Shown: piece by piece, positions 39,387-52,155 of the stretch | Position numbering within the stretch: the stretch's first letter is position 1 | How the letters are laid out: each line of letters starts with the position of its first letter | NCBI RefSeq assembly: GCF_030144855.1 | Contig: NC_082712.1 | Coordinates: 33,294,001-33,358,000, forward strand | Direction: 5' to 3' | DNA length: 64,000 nt | From: Hypanus sabinus | Taxonomy: Eukaryota | Notes under the pieces: generated by a model | Told to the model about the DNA's origin: nothing | What the model saw: only the letters and a program-made list of their open reading frames with translations | Database searches by the model: none | Translations under genes and position numbers: made by a program

Positions 39387-40090
39387 TGGCAGTGTGGAGG
39401 ATCAGAGGGATCTTGGGTTCCGAGTCCATAGGTTGACTGTGGTTAAGAAGGCATATGGTGTATTGGCCTTCATCAATCATGGAATTGAATTTAGGAGCCG
39501 AGAGGTAACATTGCAGCAATATAGGACCCTGGTCAGACCCCACTGGTCAGACCCCACTGTGCTGACTTCTGGTTGCCTCACTACAGGAAAGATGTGGAAA
39601 CCATAGAAAGGGTGCAGAAGAGATTTACAAGGATGTTGCCTGGATTGGGGAACATGCCTTATGAGAATAGGTTGAGTGAACTCGGCTTTTTTTCCTTGGA
39701 GTGATGGAGGATGAGAGGTGACCTGATAGAGGTGTACAAGATGATGAGAGGCATTGATCGTGTGGATAGTCAGAGACTTTTTCCCAGGGCTGAAATGGTT
39801 GCTACAAGAGGACACAGGTTTAAGGTGCTGGGGAGTAGGTACAGAGGAGATGTCAGGGGTAAGTTTTTTTTTTACTCAGAGAGTAGTGAGTGCATGGAAT
39901 GGGCTGCCGGCAATGGTGGTGGAGGTGGATACGATAGGGTCTTTTAAGAGACTTTTGGATAGGTACATGGAGCTTAGAAAAATAGAGGGCTATGGGTAAC
40001 CCTAGTAATTTCTAAGGTAGGGACATGTTCAGCACAACTTTGTGGGCCGATGGGCTTGTATTGTGATGTAGGTTTTCTATGTTTCTATGT
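39387..40090 (+). mobile_element. CR1 LINE 3' fragment inserted in a V-SINE
   Basis: RGDLIEVYKMMRGIDRVDSQRLFP...RGH.. motif and ttctatgtttctatgt tail. Flanks 39340-39386 and 40091-40210 join into a minus-strand SINE. Confidence 0.9.
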
Positions 40091-40599
40091 AATTAATGCA
40101 AAGTATTCTTTGGGATGTGGGAGAAACCTCAACATCCAGGAGAGGCCTAATTTGTCATGGGACAACATGCAAACTCCAGAGATAGTACCCCACTAGCCAT
40201 GCCACTGTACTACACAATTGTGTTTGAAGAATATGAACTTTCCTTTGAAATTATTTGTTGATTGGTGTTTTTCCTAGTGGCTTTTAAGAAGTTTTTCCTC
40301 ACATGACAGACTCCCCATTGGACTGGCTAGCAATGCCCCTTTTTAGATGACGTGAACATAGTGCAGAGTCTGACTAATGGCACTAAATGCTGCCATCTAT
40401 ATTCAATGTGCCAAGAAAACGCGATAGGAATTTTAGAATGGACTGTTGTTCATGGATATCCCATTGGTCTGAAATTTAATGTATAATAGTTTGCATATAT
40501 TTCCTTTTGAAGTATTGATTTCTTGTCACGAGTCCCTATGTCACATTTGCAAACTTAAGCCAGTCAGGGTGTTTGCTGCTTTACGGTTCTCTGAAGATG

Positions 40600-41003
40600 C
40601 ACTTGTTGTCCACTTTATTAGGTACACACTGTATCTAATAAAGTGGCCGCTGAGTGTATGCCTGTGGTCTTCTGCTGCTGTAGCCCATCCACTTCAAGGT
40701 TCAACCTGTTGTGTGTTCAGAGAGGTTCTTCTGCACATCACTGTTGTAATGCAAGGTTATTTGTATTGATGGCTCCTTCCTGTCAGCTTGAACTAATCTG
40801 GCCATTCTCCTCTGACCTCTCGCCATTTTCGCCCACAGAACTGCTGCTCACGGGATGATTTTTGTTTTTCACACCATACTCTGTAAGCTCCAGAAACAGT
40901 TGTGCATGAAAAATCCCAGGAGACCAGTAGTTTCTGAGATACTCAAACCACCAATCTGGCACCAACAATTATTCCATGGTCAAAATTACTTGGATCACAT
41001 TTC
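40600..41003. mobile_element. Tc1-like non-autonomous DNA transposon fragment
   Basis: Short palindrome ccactttattagg...ctaataaagtggcc.ctgagtgta, followed by Tc1-like internal sequence. Confidence 0.55.
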
Positions 41004-44000
41004 TAAGGAACTGTTGATATTTGGCATTGCAACCCTGCATCAGGACTCCTAATTAGCTTCTGATTTGATTGGGACATTTTCCCACCCAGTAATTAGTTGT
41101 CAGTGTTAGTGTAGAACCATTGCTGAGCACAATGTATGTATGCAGCACTCTGTCAGAGAACTTAATCTGGTGTGTGTGTGTGTGCCATCAATAAATTTGA
41201 CTGGAAGCAATGAAATAGTTCTGCTGATTGTCTGCTCACATATGACACTCCTAGATAGTCATGTTTCTGAAAAATGCAATACTGTCAAAGTTATTCCTGC
41301 TGGGCAGAGTGCAGATCTGGTCTAGGTTAATTACTATCCCCAAATGAGATTTGAATTGATTGCTGATGGCCTTGGAATTTTTTCCCCTTATCTACATGTC
41401 AGATCTCTTTCTTCTCTGCCTGCCGACTTATCTGTTAGTTACAAATCTTTTACTGGAGGTGTGCTTACAAACAAGGTAGATAATTTCCAATCACAACAGA
41501 GTAGCAGAAGTTTGTAGTACCTACTACTCTGATTCACTTGTTATTAAATCAATTGACTGAAGCCTGTTTAAAATACCATTTGTGTATTGTGTTTACAAAG
41601 CAGAGAGCTACAGATGCTGGAAATGCTCATGTTGGACAGTACCCTCAGACATATTGTCAGTGTTTCAAGTTGTGAACCATCATCAATGCTTGCATCATTT
41701 TCTGTCCCTATTTATATATTGGATCACTAGATGGTGCTAGTGTGTAGCTACCTTCTGCATCAAATATCTGGAGGGTACACTGTACAAAAGTAAATCCTGC
41801 TATTCATTGTGGACGCAAGATTCCTCCTTTGAAGAAGAAATTAACATAACAAGTTGGTGATTGTTTTGTGAATGTGATCTGGACCTTGGGCAGATATGGA
41901 ACTGAGGTCAAGTATGTGGGCGATGGGGCCTGAACCATGAGTTTCGTACCAGTCGGAATATGGCCAGGGACTGAATGAGGGAATGAGAGTCACGGCTGAG
42001 ATCTAACATGAAGTAATACAGATGCTGGAAAAATGAAATAATGACAAAAAAGTTCATACTAAGCATTACGGGCAATGTTTTATTCATGATCTGTTTCTCT
42101 ATCCAATGATGCTGACTGATTTGCTGTGTTTTTAAGCCATTTTGATATAATTCTAAAAATTGGCAGTTCATATATTGGGACAGAACGCTGTTGGATAACG
42201 AGGATATCAGCAAAGATCCTGAAATCTTATTCCACCCGGATCCTTCCATCATTGTGCTCTTATTTCTGATGTTTTGTTCTCAATTACGGCTTAATAGCTG
42301 CAGTATTTTTTTTGGATATTTTGTCTTGTTTCTCATTTGCTTGAACTTTTCTCGAAGAAAAATCTTACTGTGTACAACTCTAAAGGTGGCCTTTGTGGTG
42401 GTGTTAGTTTTAGTGAAAAACACATTAAAACAGTAAAGGAGTCTAAATATGTGAGAAAATAGTTCTTGTACTATGTCTGTTGTATTTTGATTGAGCAAGT
42501 TTGTTTTGTAAAATTAGAGCACTTGCCAAACCCTGTCAATTAAAGAATTGTAGGTGTGTTTCCTAGCTCTTAGCAAACAGGTCATTGTACAGCAAATGAA
42601 GTTGATTAATTTTATAAACTGCTTTATTAAAGCAAATTGTAAATAAACGACACTGACTTCTTCCAGTAAAAGCAGGGTAACTTCTTTAGAAAGTTTGTAA
42701 TGAATGAGTGATTCTATGTAGAAACTTGATTGAAAAGGGAATTATCTGGTCAGTTCTGCTCTGGCTGCCTCTGAATGCAGCCAGAAAAATATTTTGAATG
42801 GTAATTACTCAGCCCACTGTGATATAAAGGTGGTTTAAATTTGAGCATGTGTTCAGAACTAATTGCTGCCTTTAAGCATTACAGTTGTTTATTTACACGA
42901 TAGGCTGAGACCACTTGACAGGTTAATCTTTAAATATTAATTTCTTCTGCTTATGTTCATAAAACGTATGTTAGTTTTGAGTGACGCATAACCAGCTTAA
43001 GGGCAGCATCCATGCCTATTTTTCCTAAGTGGTTAACTAGTCAAAATATATTCAAGTTTGAAACAGCATGAGAGCCTTCATTTAGAAGTGATAATGAATA
43101 TTGCACTAACACCACAAAATAGCTAAAGGTGAATCTTCCCAGCAGCTTTTTTCTTGTGTTGGGAGTGGAAAAGTGGATTGGGTGGTGTATACAAGTTCTA
43201 TCCAAGAGAGGTTTGGTAAATGTTAATGTACAAAAGGCTGGCATTTTTTTTTTGTTTTTTTAAAATTGACTTGAGCAGTCAAACTCAATAAATATTTCTT
43301 GAATAGATCAAACATTGGGAGCACTCACAGTTTCCCGGTTGATAACTGAAAGTGGTACAGATGTCCTCATCTGCTTGCCTCTGCAGAAGGTAGTCATTGC
43401 ATTAGTAGGATATTCAGCAGATTTTATTCATAAATAGGACATGGGGTTGCTGACAAGTGAGTCCAGAATTTATTCCACGTCCATTTCCCTGCCACCTTAA
43501 ACTGCTACAATCTGGTTGCTTGAAAATACTTCGTCTGTGCTCTTGGGTGGGATGCTCTGGGATTTGGACCCTGTGATCTAGAAGTATACTTCCAAATGGG
43601 TAATATTTGTCAGAAAGTTGAGCCTGCTTGTGGTTGTTGCCACGTTTTTGCTGCCTTTCCTTGCAATAGAATTTGAAAGGTACTGTCAGATTAGTCTTGA
43701 TAAGTAACTGCTATATATATGTTTTAGATAATAGACTCTACAATCATAGTCCTCTGAAGGTGATGATGGGGAGGTATGTTTGCTGCCCTGTCTTGAATGA
43801 AGTAGAGCTTCCAGAGTATATTGGGTTGCTTTGGGTTTGTCAAACTGAAAATATCTTTGCTCAGGAGCAATCAGTTACAAATGAGTTTTACATTTTCCTT
43901 GTAAAGTGTGATGAATATTTAAAATTTCTCTTTCCCCTCATCCTCATCTTTTTATTACTACCTCAAGAGTTATTAGATTCAGTATTCCAATTCCAATCAT

Positions 44001-44260
44001 GGGTTGAACAAAACTAAATAATTTTGGTACCAAAATGTCAACTGTTTACTCATTTCCATAGATGCTGTCTGACCTGGTGAGTACCTGGAGTATTTTGTGT
44101 GTGTTGTTCTGGATTTCCAGCATCTGTGGAATGTCTTGTGTTTATAAGGCACCCATCCCAACCTTACCGTCAAACCCTCAGACAAAGGGGGTGTTGTAAT
44201 GCGCACACTGACCCTACCTTGCTGAGGCCAGGTGGAAAGTCTGACACATCCTTGCATCTT

Positions 44261-45135
44261 CCTCTCTCCCCAACACACCTACAACCAAACAGCAACAACA
44301 CTCGCCAACTCCCTCCCTACCACAGTGACAACCCAACACCAACAACAATCCCCATCATTTTCCTAAACACCAACAACACTCCCCAAGTCAGTGTGTTGGG
44401 GAGAGAGATCGGAGTGTTGTTGGTGTTGGGTTGTCATTGCGGTTGGGAAAGAGATGGGTGTGTTGTTGCTGTTGGTTTGTCAGTGCGTTGGGGAGAGATA
44501 TCAGAGTGTTGTTGGTGTTGGGTTGTCAGTGTCGTGGAGAAAGAGATGGGAGCGCTGTTGCTGCTGGGATGTCAGTGTGGTACAGAGGGAGTTTTGGAGT
44601 ATTGCTGATGTTGAGGAAAGCGATGGGGATTGTTGTTGTTGGCTTGTCAGTGTGGTAGGGAAGGAGTTGGTGGAGTGTTATTGGTGTCAGGTTGTCAGCG
44701 TGCTGGTAAAAGAGATGTATGTGTTGTTGGTGTTGGGATGTCAGTGTGTTAGGGAGGGAGTTGGGGAGTGCTGTTGGTGTTTGGGAAAACGATGGGGATC
44801 GTTGTTGCTGTTGGGTTGTTAGTGTGTTGGGGAGAGAGATCGGAGTGTTCTTGGTTTTGTGGAAAGCAATGGGGATTGTTGTTGGTTTTCGGAAGTCAGT
44901 GTGGTTGGCAGGGTGTTGGGGAATGTTGTTGCTGTTGGGATGTCAGTGTGGTAGGGAGGGAGTTGGGGAGTGTTGTTTTGAGTTGCGGAAAGCGGTGTGG
45001 ATTGTTGTTGATGTTGGGTTGTCAGTGTGGCAGGGAGGGAGTTAGGGAGTGTTGTTGGTGCTGGGGAAAGCGATGGGGATTGTTGTTGCTGTTGGGTTGT
45101 TAGTGAGTTGTGGAGACAGATCGGTGTGTTCTTGG
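44261..45135. repeat. Degenerate GT-rich minisatellite (~45-bp and ~25-bp units) with an orientation switch at about 44386
   Basis: 44387-45135 repeats gtcagtgtggtagggagggagttggggagtgttgttggtgttgggtt and gggaaagcgatggggattgttgttg. 44261-44386 is the same unit in reverse complement. Confidence 0.9.
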
Positions 45136-45579
45136 TATTTTAGTAACTTTGCCCTTAAATCCACTTCTTCCATCTCTGACACCTCCCTCCACTTTCTCAA
45201 TCTGTCTCCATCTCCAGAGACCAACTGTCAACTGACATCTTTTATAAACCTACCAATTCCCATGGTTAATTTGACTGTACCTCTTCCCACCCATCTCCTG
45301 TAAATATGCGATTTCCTTTTCTCAGTTCCTTCACCTCAGCCACAAGTGTTCCCAGGACATCTGATGTTCTCCTTCAAAGCATGGGAGGGATTTCTTCCCC
45401 CCCCCCCCCCCACTATTGATGCTGCTCTCTCTCCCATTTCCATTTCCTGAACATCTGCACTCACCCCATCTTTCCCCCCCACTTAACAGTGAAAGGTCTC
45501 CTCTTGTCCACCCAATGGGCCTCCATTTCCCGTATATCATCCTCTGCAACTTCTGCCATCTTCAAAGGGATCCTACTAC

Positions 45580-45758
45580 AGGGCTATAATCCCTTGTCTG
45601 AAATCCTTGGGACCAGTTACATTTTGGAGTTCAGAATTTTTCGGATTTCAGAATCCCTCCTTATTGGTTCTGGGACCCCCTGTGGATACCAAAAAACTTG
45701 TATGCTCAAGTCCCTTATTTAACCTGTCTCAGTGCAGGTGGACTTTAGGACCCGGCAG
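45580..45758. mobile_element. Tigger4-like terminal repeat followed by a MER2/Tigger-like end, running into the gap
   Basis: tacagggctataatcccttgtctgaaatccttgggaccag...tttttcggatttc resembles the recalled Tigger4 TIR. ttggttctgggaccccctgtggataccaaaa...atgctcaagtccctta resembles the recalled MER2 end. Confidence 0.65.
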
Positions 45759-45898
45759 NNNNNNNNNNNNNNNNNNNNNNNNNNNNNNNNNNNNNNNNNN
45801 NNNNNNNNNNNNNNNNNNNNNNNNNNNNNNNNNNNNNNNNNNNNNNNNNNNNNNNNNNNNNNNNNNNNNNNNNNNNNNNNNNNNNNNNNNNNNNNNNN
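45759..45898. other. Assembly gap (140 N)
   Basis: Run of N. Confidence 1.
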
Positions 45899-45974
45899 AA
45901 AACATTCAATAAAACATAAAAATATACAGCCCCAAACGAACCGAATCAAAAACATGGTAAATGACTTATTGGAA

Positions 45975-46205
45975 TAAATGTAGAACATCACTGTCACTAT
46001 AAAACTTCAGTAAATTGTCTTTCTGTTTCTTTAAATCATATACAGTGGTAGTTCCGACACCATCTTTTTCAGTAAGACGTTGCACAGACACACCACGATC
46101 AAGCTTCTACAATAACTCCACTTTCTGCGTTATTGATAATGATAGATGCTTCCTTCTCTTTTACTCATTGTTACCCATAGGGGTATCTGCAGCTCTTTTT
46201 GACAT
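45975..46205 (-). pseudogene. Tigger4/Zombi-like (pogo) transposase N-terminal HTH remnant
   Basis: Minus strand from ATG 46205: MSKRAADTPMGNNE*KRRKHLSLSITQKVELL*KLDRGVSVQRLTEKDGVGTTTVYDLKKQKDNLLKFYSDSD. CENP-B/psq-type HTH with two stops. Confidence 0.85.
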
Positions 46206-48444
46206 TTTCATAGTGAAATTAAATACAAATTAAAAGCAGTGCCTCATCTGCGTATTTGTTGGGATCATCTATTTAGTCCGGACCTCACGATGTGGCATCC
46301 TCTACGTTGGTGAGACCCATCACAAATTGGTGGACGACTTTGTTGAGCACTTCACTCCTTCTGCCAAAAGTAGAACTTTCCAATGGCAAAACAGTTTAAC
46401 TCTGATTCCTATGTCGGTCGATGGCCGCCTGTTGTGCCAAGATGAGCCCAACCTCGGTGGAGGAGCAACACCTTGTATCCCGCCTGGGTACTCTCCACCT
46501 GATGGCATGAATATCTATTTCTCTTTCTGGTAATATGTTTTTCTCCCCCTCCCCTCTTCCTCTATTCTTCGCTCTGGCCTTCCACCTCTTCTCACCTGCT
46601 TATCACTTCCCCAGAGATCCTCTCCGCCACCCCTTTCTCCTATGGTCCACTCTGCAGTCCTTCCAGTTTCCTCCTCCACCAGCCCTGTGTCTTTCCTGTT
46701 CACCCACCTGGCTTCACCTATCATCTTCTAGCTGGCCTCCATCCACTCACCCTATCTTTTTATTCTGGCATCTTCCCCGTTCCTTTTCAGTCCTGAATAA
46801 AGGTCTCACCCAAAATGTTGAGTGTTTATCCATTTCCATAGATGCTGCCTGACTTGCTGAATTCCTCCAGAATTTTGTGTGCGTTACTCTGGTTTTCCAG
46901 CATCGGCAGGCTTTCTCAAGTTTACGTTGGTCCTCTGTCTGCCCTTATTGAGCCATGTGACTCCATTATTTTTAAGCATCTTTGTTTTGGCCCCAAGCCT
47001 ACAGGATTATTTTAACATTCAAGAAGGTCATTGCTCAAAATGATAAGAGTTGGCAATAAATCAATATTTTTTCATGGTGCATTTAGAGGTGTTGTTGTGG
47101 TAATCCTTATTTCAAAGTTCATTAAAGTCTGAGATTTGCTTTCATTTTCTAGCTACTTGTGTCCTTCGCTGCTTTTCATGACAGTTAATGTTGAAATCAT
47201 TGCAAAGCTAGACAGTGAAACTCCAACTTAAGCTGGTGTCCAGCTTTCATTTCATTGGAGTATTATGTGCATTCGTAGCTAGTTTAAATGTTTGGCATAG
47301 AAGCTTCAATTCATATAGATGCTGGCAGTAGTAAAGAAAATTCATTAAAATCACTAAAATTGTGTGTGAAATTCAACATTTGATAATGCTGGACTTTCAT
47401 AAATGCAAGGGTGTGCGTATTTTGGAGGTGCCAGTCAAGTCTCCCCTGCCCTCCCCATTGAAGGAGTCTGACTCCCATCGCCACTGCTACCTGACATCAT
47501 ACCTGCACCCCTTAATGGACCATGGTCATTAGTGCCCAGTATTGTCGTATAACACTCTCTGTCATTGTCACCCTCAGCATGCCCCTGCGGCCCAGACTGT
47601 TCCTCCCGGGTGGGATTGGTCATGGGAGAAGAAATGGGGAGTGGTAAAAGAATGACAAAGTGGCAGGACTTGTATTGAAATGCTCTGTTCCAGTTAAAGG
47701 TGTTGCCTGGCAGTAATCTCAACTAAAATTTTACAAACGTACTTTCCAGAAGGCTAAAAGGTCCTGCTATGTTTGAATGTTGACTGATTCACTTGTGTCT
47801 GGTGCTAGTAGAACGTATGCCTTTGAATTGCAGTTGTGGCCAGAGATGGGCTGTCTCTCTTGCTGTCTGCAGTGAATAAGAACAGTGCTATGCACCAGAT
47901 GACAGCAAAGTGGATTTTTTTCTGCTCCTTGTGCAATTCTGTTTCCCCCCCATATTTCCTCACAATGTAGAAAGAAATAATTTCAGTCCATCACAGAGCA
48001 ATCCCATTTCCTCACCAATCTTCACCATAACTCATTCTCCCGCATTCCCGTCAACTCTCCTGAGCTTCTATTATTGACCGCTCTTCAAGGGCAAATGTCA
48101 GTTGCCAATTAACTGACCAACCCACATACTTTTGTGATGCGGTAAGGAGCTGTTTTGTTTCTTGATGCCTTCAGTGCTGCTGTGCTGAAGATTGTGGTCA
48201 TGCTGTGTTGGCATTGGAATGCACAGCAACACTTATGAACTGCCCCCAACATGTCTTCGGGTTGCCTTGGTTGTTGACATAGATAACACATTTCACTATA
48301 TGCTTCAATATACATGATTAACTAAATTAATCAATCTCATTTCTGCCAGGAGCAGAGATCAACAAAAAACAGTGTGCAAACAGTGGAGAGCACTGGAGGT
48401 CAACATTTAACCTGGAGAGCTGGACATGGGCGAACATGGACTAA

Positions 48445-49596
48445 TCTGCAGATGCTGGAAATCCAAAGCAACACACACACAATGCTGGAGGAACTCAGCA
48501 GGCCAGGCAGCATCTACGGGGAAAAAAAGTGAACAGACGATGTTTCCGGCTGAAACCCTTCATTGGGACTAGAAAGGAAGGGGAGAAGTCAGAGTAGGAA
48601 GGTGGGGGAAGGGGAGGAAGAGGTACAAGATGGCAGGTGATAGATGAAACTAGGGGAAGGGGTGAAGTAAAGAGCTAGAATTTGATTGGTGAAAGAGATA
48701 ACGGGTTGGAGAAGGGGGAGTCTGCTAGGAGACCACAGAAGGCCATGGAGGAAAGAAAAGGAGGAGGTGATGGGCAGGTAAGCAGATAAGGTGAGAGAGG
48801 GAAGCAGGAATGGGGAATGCTCAAGGGGCTGGTAATCACTGTAAGTTAGAGAAATCATTGTTCTGCAATCAGGTTGGAGGCTACCTAGACAATATAAAAT
48901 GTTGCTCCTCCAACCTGACTGTGGCATCATCATGACAGTAGAAGAGGCCATGGATTGTTATGTTGGAAAATGACGTAGCACTGAAGTGGGTGGCCACCAG
49001 GATATCCCACTTTTTCTAGCTGATGCAGCATAGGTACTCGGCGAAGTCATCTCCCAATCTATACCAGGTCATACAGGTATCGATTACCTATACATATAGG
49101 TGGCCACACTGGGAGCATCAGACCCCAGCAGACTCTCAGGTGAAATGTTGCCTCACCTGGAAGCACTCACAAACAAGAGAAAATGTGCAGATGCTAGAAA
49201 TCCAAGCAATACACAGAAAATGCTGGAGGAACTCAGCAGACCGGGCAGCATCGATGGAAAGGAGTACGGTCGATATTTCGGGCTGGGATCCTTCGTCAAG
49301 ACCAGAGAAAAAAGATGAGGAGTCGAAGGTGGGGGGAAGGGAGGAAGAACCACAAGGTGAGAGGTGAAACCGGGAGGGGTGAAGTAAAAAGTTGGGAAGT
49401 TGATGAAAGAGATGCAGGTTTGGAGAAGGGGGAATCTGATAGGAGAGGACAGAAGGCCATGGAAGAACGAAACGGGGGAGGAGCACCAGAGGGAGCTGAT
49501 GGGCAGGTAAGGAGATAAGGTTAGAGAGGGAAATAGGAATGGGTAATAGTGAAGGAGAGGGGAAGGGGGCATTACCTGAAAAGCGAGAAATCAATG
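48445..49596 (-). mobile_element. Two tandem or nested Penelope-like 3' fragments (48445-49165, 49166-49596)
   Basis: Repeated tgcagatgctggaaatcc...aatgctggaggaactcagcag tail, plus GIY-YIG-region similarity (gagcatcag...caggtgaaatgttgcctcacctggaag). Confidence 0.8.
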
Positions 49597-50841
49597 AGCC
49601 CCAAGTGCCTGAAGTGACTGGTTTTAAGGCGCCATTAACGTGCCTTTGCCCCTTCTATCAATAGAAATGGTTCTGCTGGGCTTAGTAACTACGCCACACA
49701 TGAAGGCCAGGAGCTGGACTTGGTTGTCAGAGGCTATTTGAGATGCCCACCATTTTGGAGCATTTAATAGGTAGTCGGAGCTTGTCCCCATTACCATGCC
49801 CAGCAGCGACAACCATTGTAGCCTTGTATCATTCAAAAGCCTTCTCTTGTAACCTGAACTGAAGAAGCATGTTTTGTATGAAGCAAAAAAAACCCCCAAA
49901 TTGCTGGAAGAACTCTGGTTTCTGGCAGCATCTGTGGAGGGAAACTGAATGTTACCATTTCTGATCAAGACCCTTCTCTCAGAATGGACCCTCCTCCTTC
50001 TTGAAATGCCAAGTGTCCACTTCCCGTCAGGGAAGCTGCCTGGTCTGCTGAATTCATCCAGATTGGTTTTGCTCCAGATAACAGCATCTGCAGACTCTTG
50101 TTTTTCTCTGTCTTGAATGGACGTTGCTCTCAATTCCTGGAAGATGGATGAACTTAGCGCTAGTAAAGTGAGGTTTGATGTGTACTTTTAAATTGCTTTC
50201 AGTTTTGAAGGAAATTAATTAGCCCATTATATTTGTGTAACTTAATGAAGAAAAGTTACTCTGGGTAACCTAACGTTATAAACTTGACCTGCGCAACAAG
50301 TTAGACCTGATGATGTCGTCCAGACAGTTCCTTGGAACTCAGGAATGAGTTGCAAACCTTATGGTTGCAGCCATTTCCTGACCTATACAATGATGAACAT
50401 CTAAACTGTACCAGCAAGCAAATCAAGTTAAGAAAAATAATGAAGTAACAAAGGAACATGAGCACATGCTATCCTTTTGTGCTAGAAATTGATCTTGACC
50501 GGTTTACATAAGGAATCTGTTACCAATGATACAACAGAAGCATAGTATCAAACCTACTACAAGTTTCTCAAAGTTAACAGAAATTATGCAAATTATAATT
50601 TAAAACTGCAAAGAAAAATACTATAAAAGCAACAGTATGGACCCTAATCCTACAAAGTCTTCCAGCTTTTCATGCAATATTTCAGATTTTTCAGGGACAC
50701 ACTTCTTTTAAGTAGGAGGACTGTACTTGTGTCACACTCCTACATAAGACACTGGGGTTCAACTTCTGGTCCTTTTTTAGAAGTGGTAGGTTAAGTGATC
50801 TTTTCAAAGCTTATTGCTTCACCAGCATGCATCTTCTAAAT

Positions 50842-50920
50842 CAGGGTTTCCCAATTACGGGTCTGTGGGCCCCTTGGTAAATGGTAGGGGTCTATGGCTT
50901 AAGAAGGTTGTGAGCCCCTG
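50842..50920. mobile_element. hAT-Charlie-like MITE (79 bp)
   Basis: CAGGG...CCCTG termini. 8-bp TSD ttctaaat/ttctaaag. Confidence 0.8.
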
Positions 50921-51871
50921 TTCTAAAGGAAAAGGTCACAGGGAGTGTAGATAGTTAGCTCTTTGCTCAATGCTCCTGGAAAGCCATTGCTACTCCCCTA
51001 TGTCTTTCCATTCTTCTGGGTATTGGAGCCTGAGGGTAATTATACCTTCATCTGAGCGGGGAAGTTGCCCTCACTTCCTGCTAACGGAATGGAAGTGAGA
51101 TGTTTGATCTGAATTTAATTTGTGCCAAACTAGACTGAAACCTCTCCATCTCATCCAAAGCTGAGGAGTGGTTGAGTCGATGCACCTTTCCATAACTACC
51201 TTGTACAAAATAATGATGTCTGCCACAGTCAGTGTCACTCTCTGTGTTCCATAAAATGGTGGCTTTTCCAGTCTGGAGATCAGAAGGAGAAATAATCTGC
51301 AAAATTGCATCTATTTTATAAATAAGCCAGTATCATAAGTGAACAGAAACACAACATCAAATTTATCTGTCAAATCTGACAGCCCATTCATACTGAATAT
51401 GGTTTTAGCGATAAGCTTATTTGCTGCACAATCCCTTTTATAGATTAGTGTTAAAAAGCAATCATGGCACATGCCTACAATAATTCCTGTTTAGTCTGCT
51501 GTCTATAAACCTTAATGTCCTCTGAGCTCCTTAATTAAGGACATGTCTTGGTTTTAATTTTATGACTTGTACAATCCCTAAGTGTGCAGAAATAGTTAAT
51601 CCTGATGAGTAGCAGTTTGCTCTAAACTTACAGGTAGGCTAAAAGTAAAGTTAATCTAAGAGAAATGGAGAGAAGTAATCCATACTGGTAAGCTCTGAAA
51701 AGAAGGCAATAGAGTGGAATTAATATCACAGAAGGACAAAAAGCAATGGGCATTTCTTTTGTTTCTGGTTTCAATCACAATGGGGAGATAACACATTGAT
51801 ATGAAAGATGATATAGATTGAATAGCATAGTTCCTTTTACGTCAATCATATGACTAAGCATTGCATTTAAT

Positions 51872-52155
51872 TTATTTATTGAGATACAGCGTGGCATAGA
51901 CCCTTCTGCCCCTTGAGCTGTGCCACTCAGCAGTTCCCCGATTTAATCTGAGCCTAATCGTGGGGCAATTTACAGTGACCAATTAACTTGCTAACCGCTA
52001 CGCCTTTGGGGTGTGGGAGGAAACTGGAGCACCCGGAGGAAACCCACAGGGTCACGGGGAAAGCGTAAAAACAGACTCCTTACAGGAAACAGTGGGAATT
52101 GAACCTGGGTTGCCTATACTGAAAAGCATTGCGCTAACCACTGCACCAGTGTGCT
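51872..52155 (-). mobile_element. V-domain SINE. Further copies at about 10425-10735(+), 23900-24120(-), 24290-24470(-), 54222-54392(+), 59530-59790(-), 60490-60620(+)
   Basis: gtgtgggaggaaactggagcacccggaggaaacccac core, gggaattgaacc (B box, reverse complement) and (TTTA)n tail. Confidence 0.8.

Larger units (their letters stand above)
45140..46925 (+). mobile_element. Penelope-like fragment interrupted by Tigger-like DNA transposon sequence (about 45580-46240)
   Basis: 45140-45578 matches the RT C-terminus (ccttaaatccacttcttccatctctgacacctccctcc...). 46240-46925 matches GIY-YIG and the tail (gatgctgcctgacttgctgaattcctccag). Confidence 0.75.

Noticed and set aside
44387-45135. CRISPR-like repeat array
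   Set aside because: Eukaryotic context, degenerate tandem units without unique spacers, and no cas genes.
44099-45303. Cys/Trp/Val-rich ORFs (keratin-associated or metallothionein-like appearance)
   Set aside because: Translations of the GT-rich minisatellite, open in several frames, with no splice or gene context.
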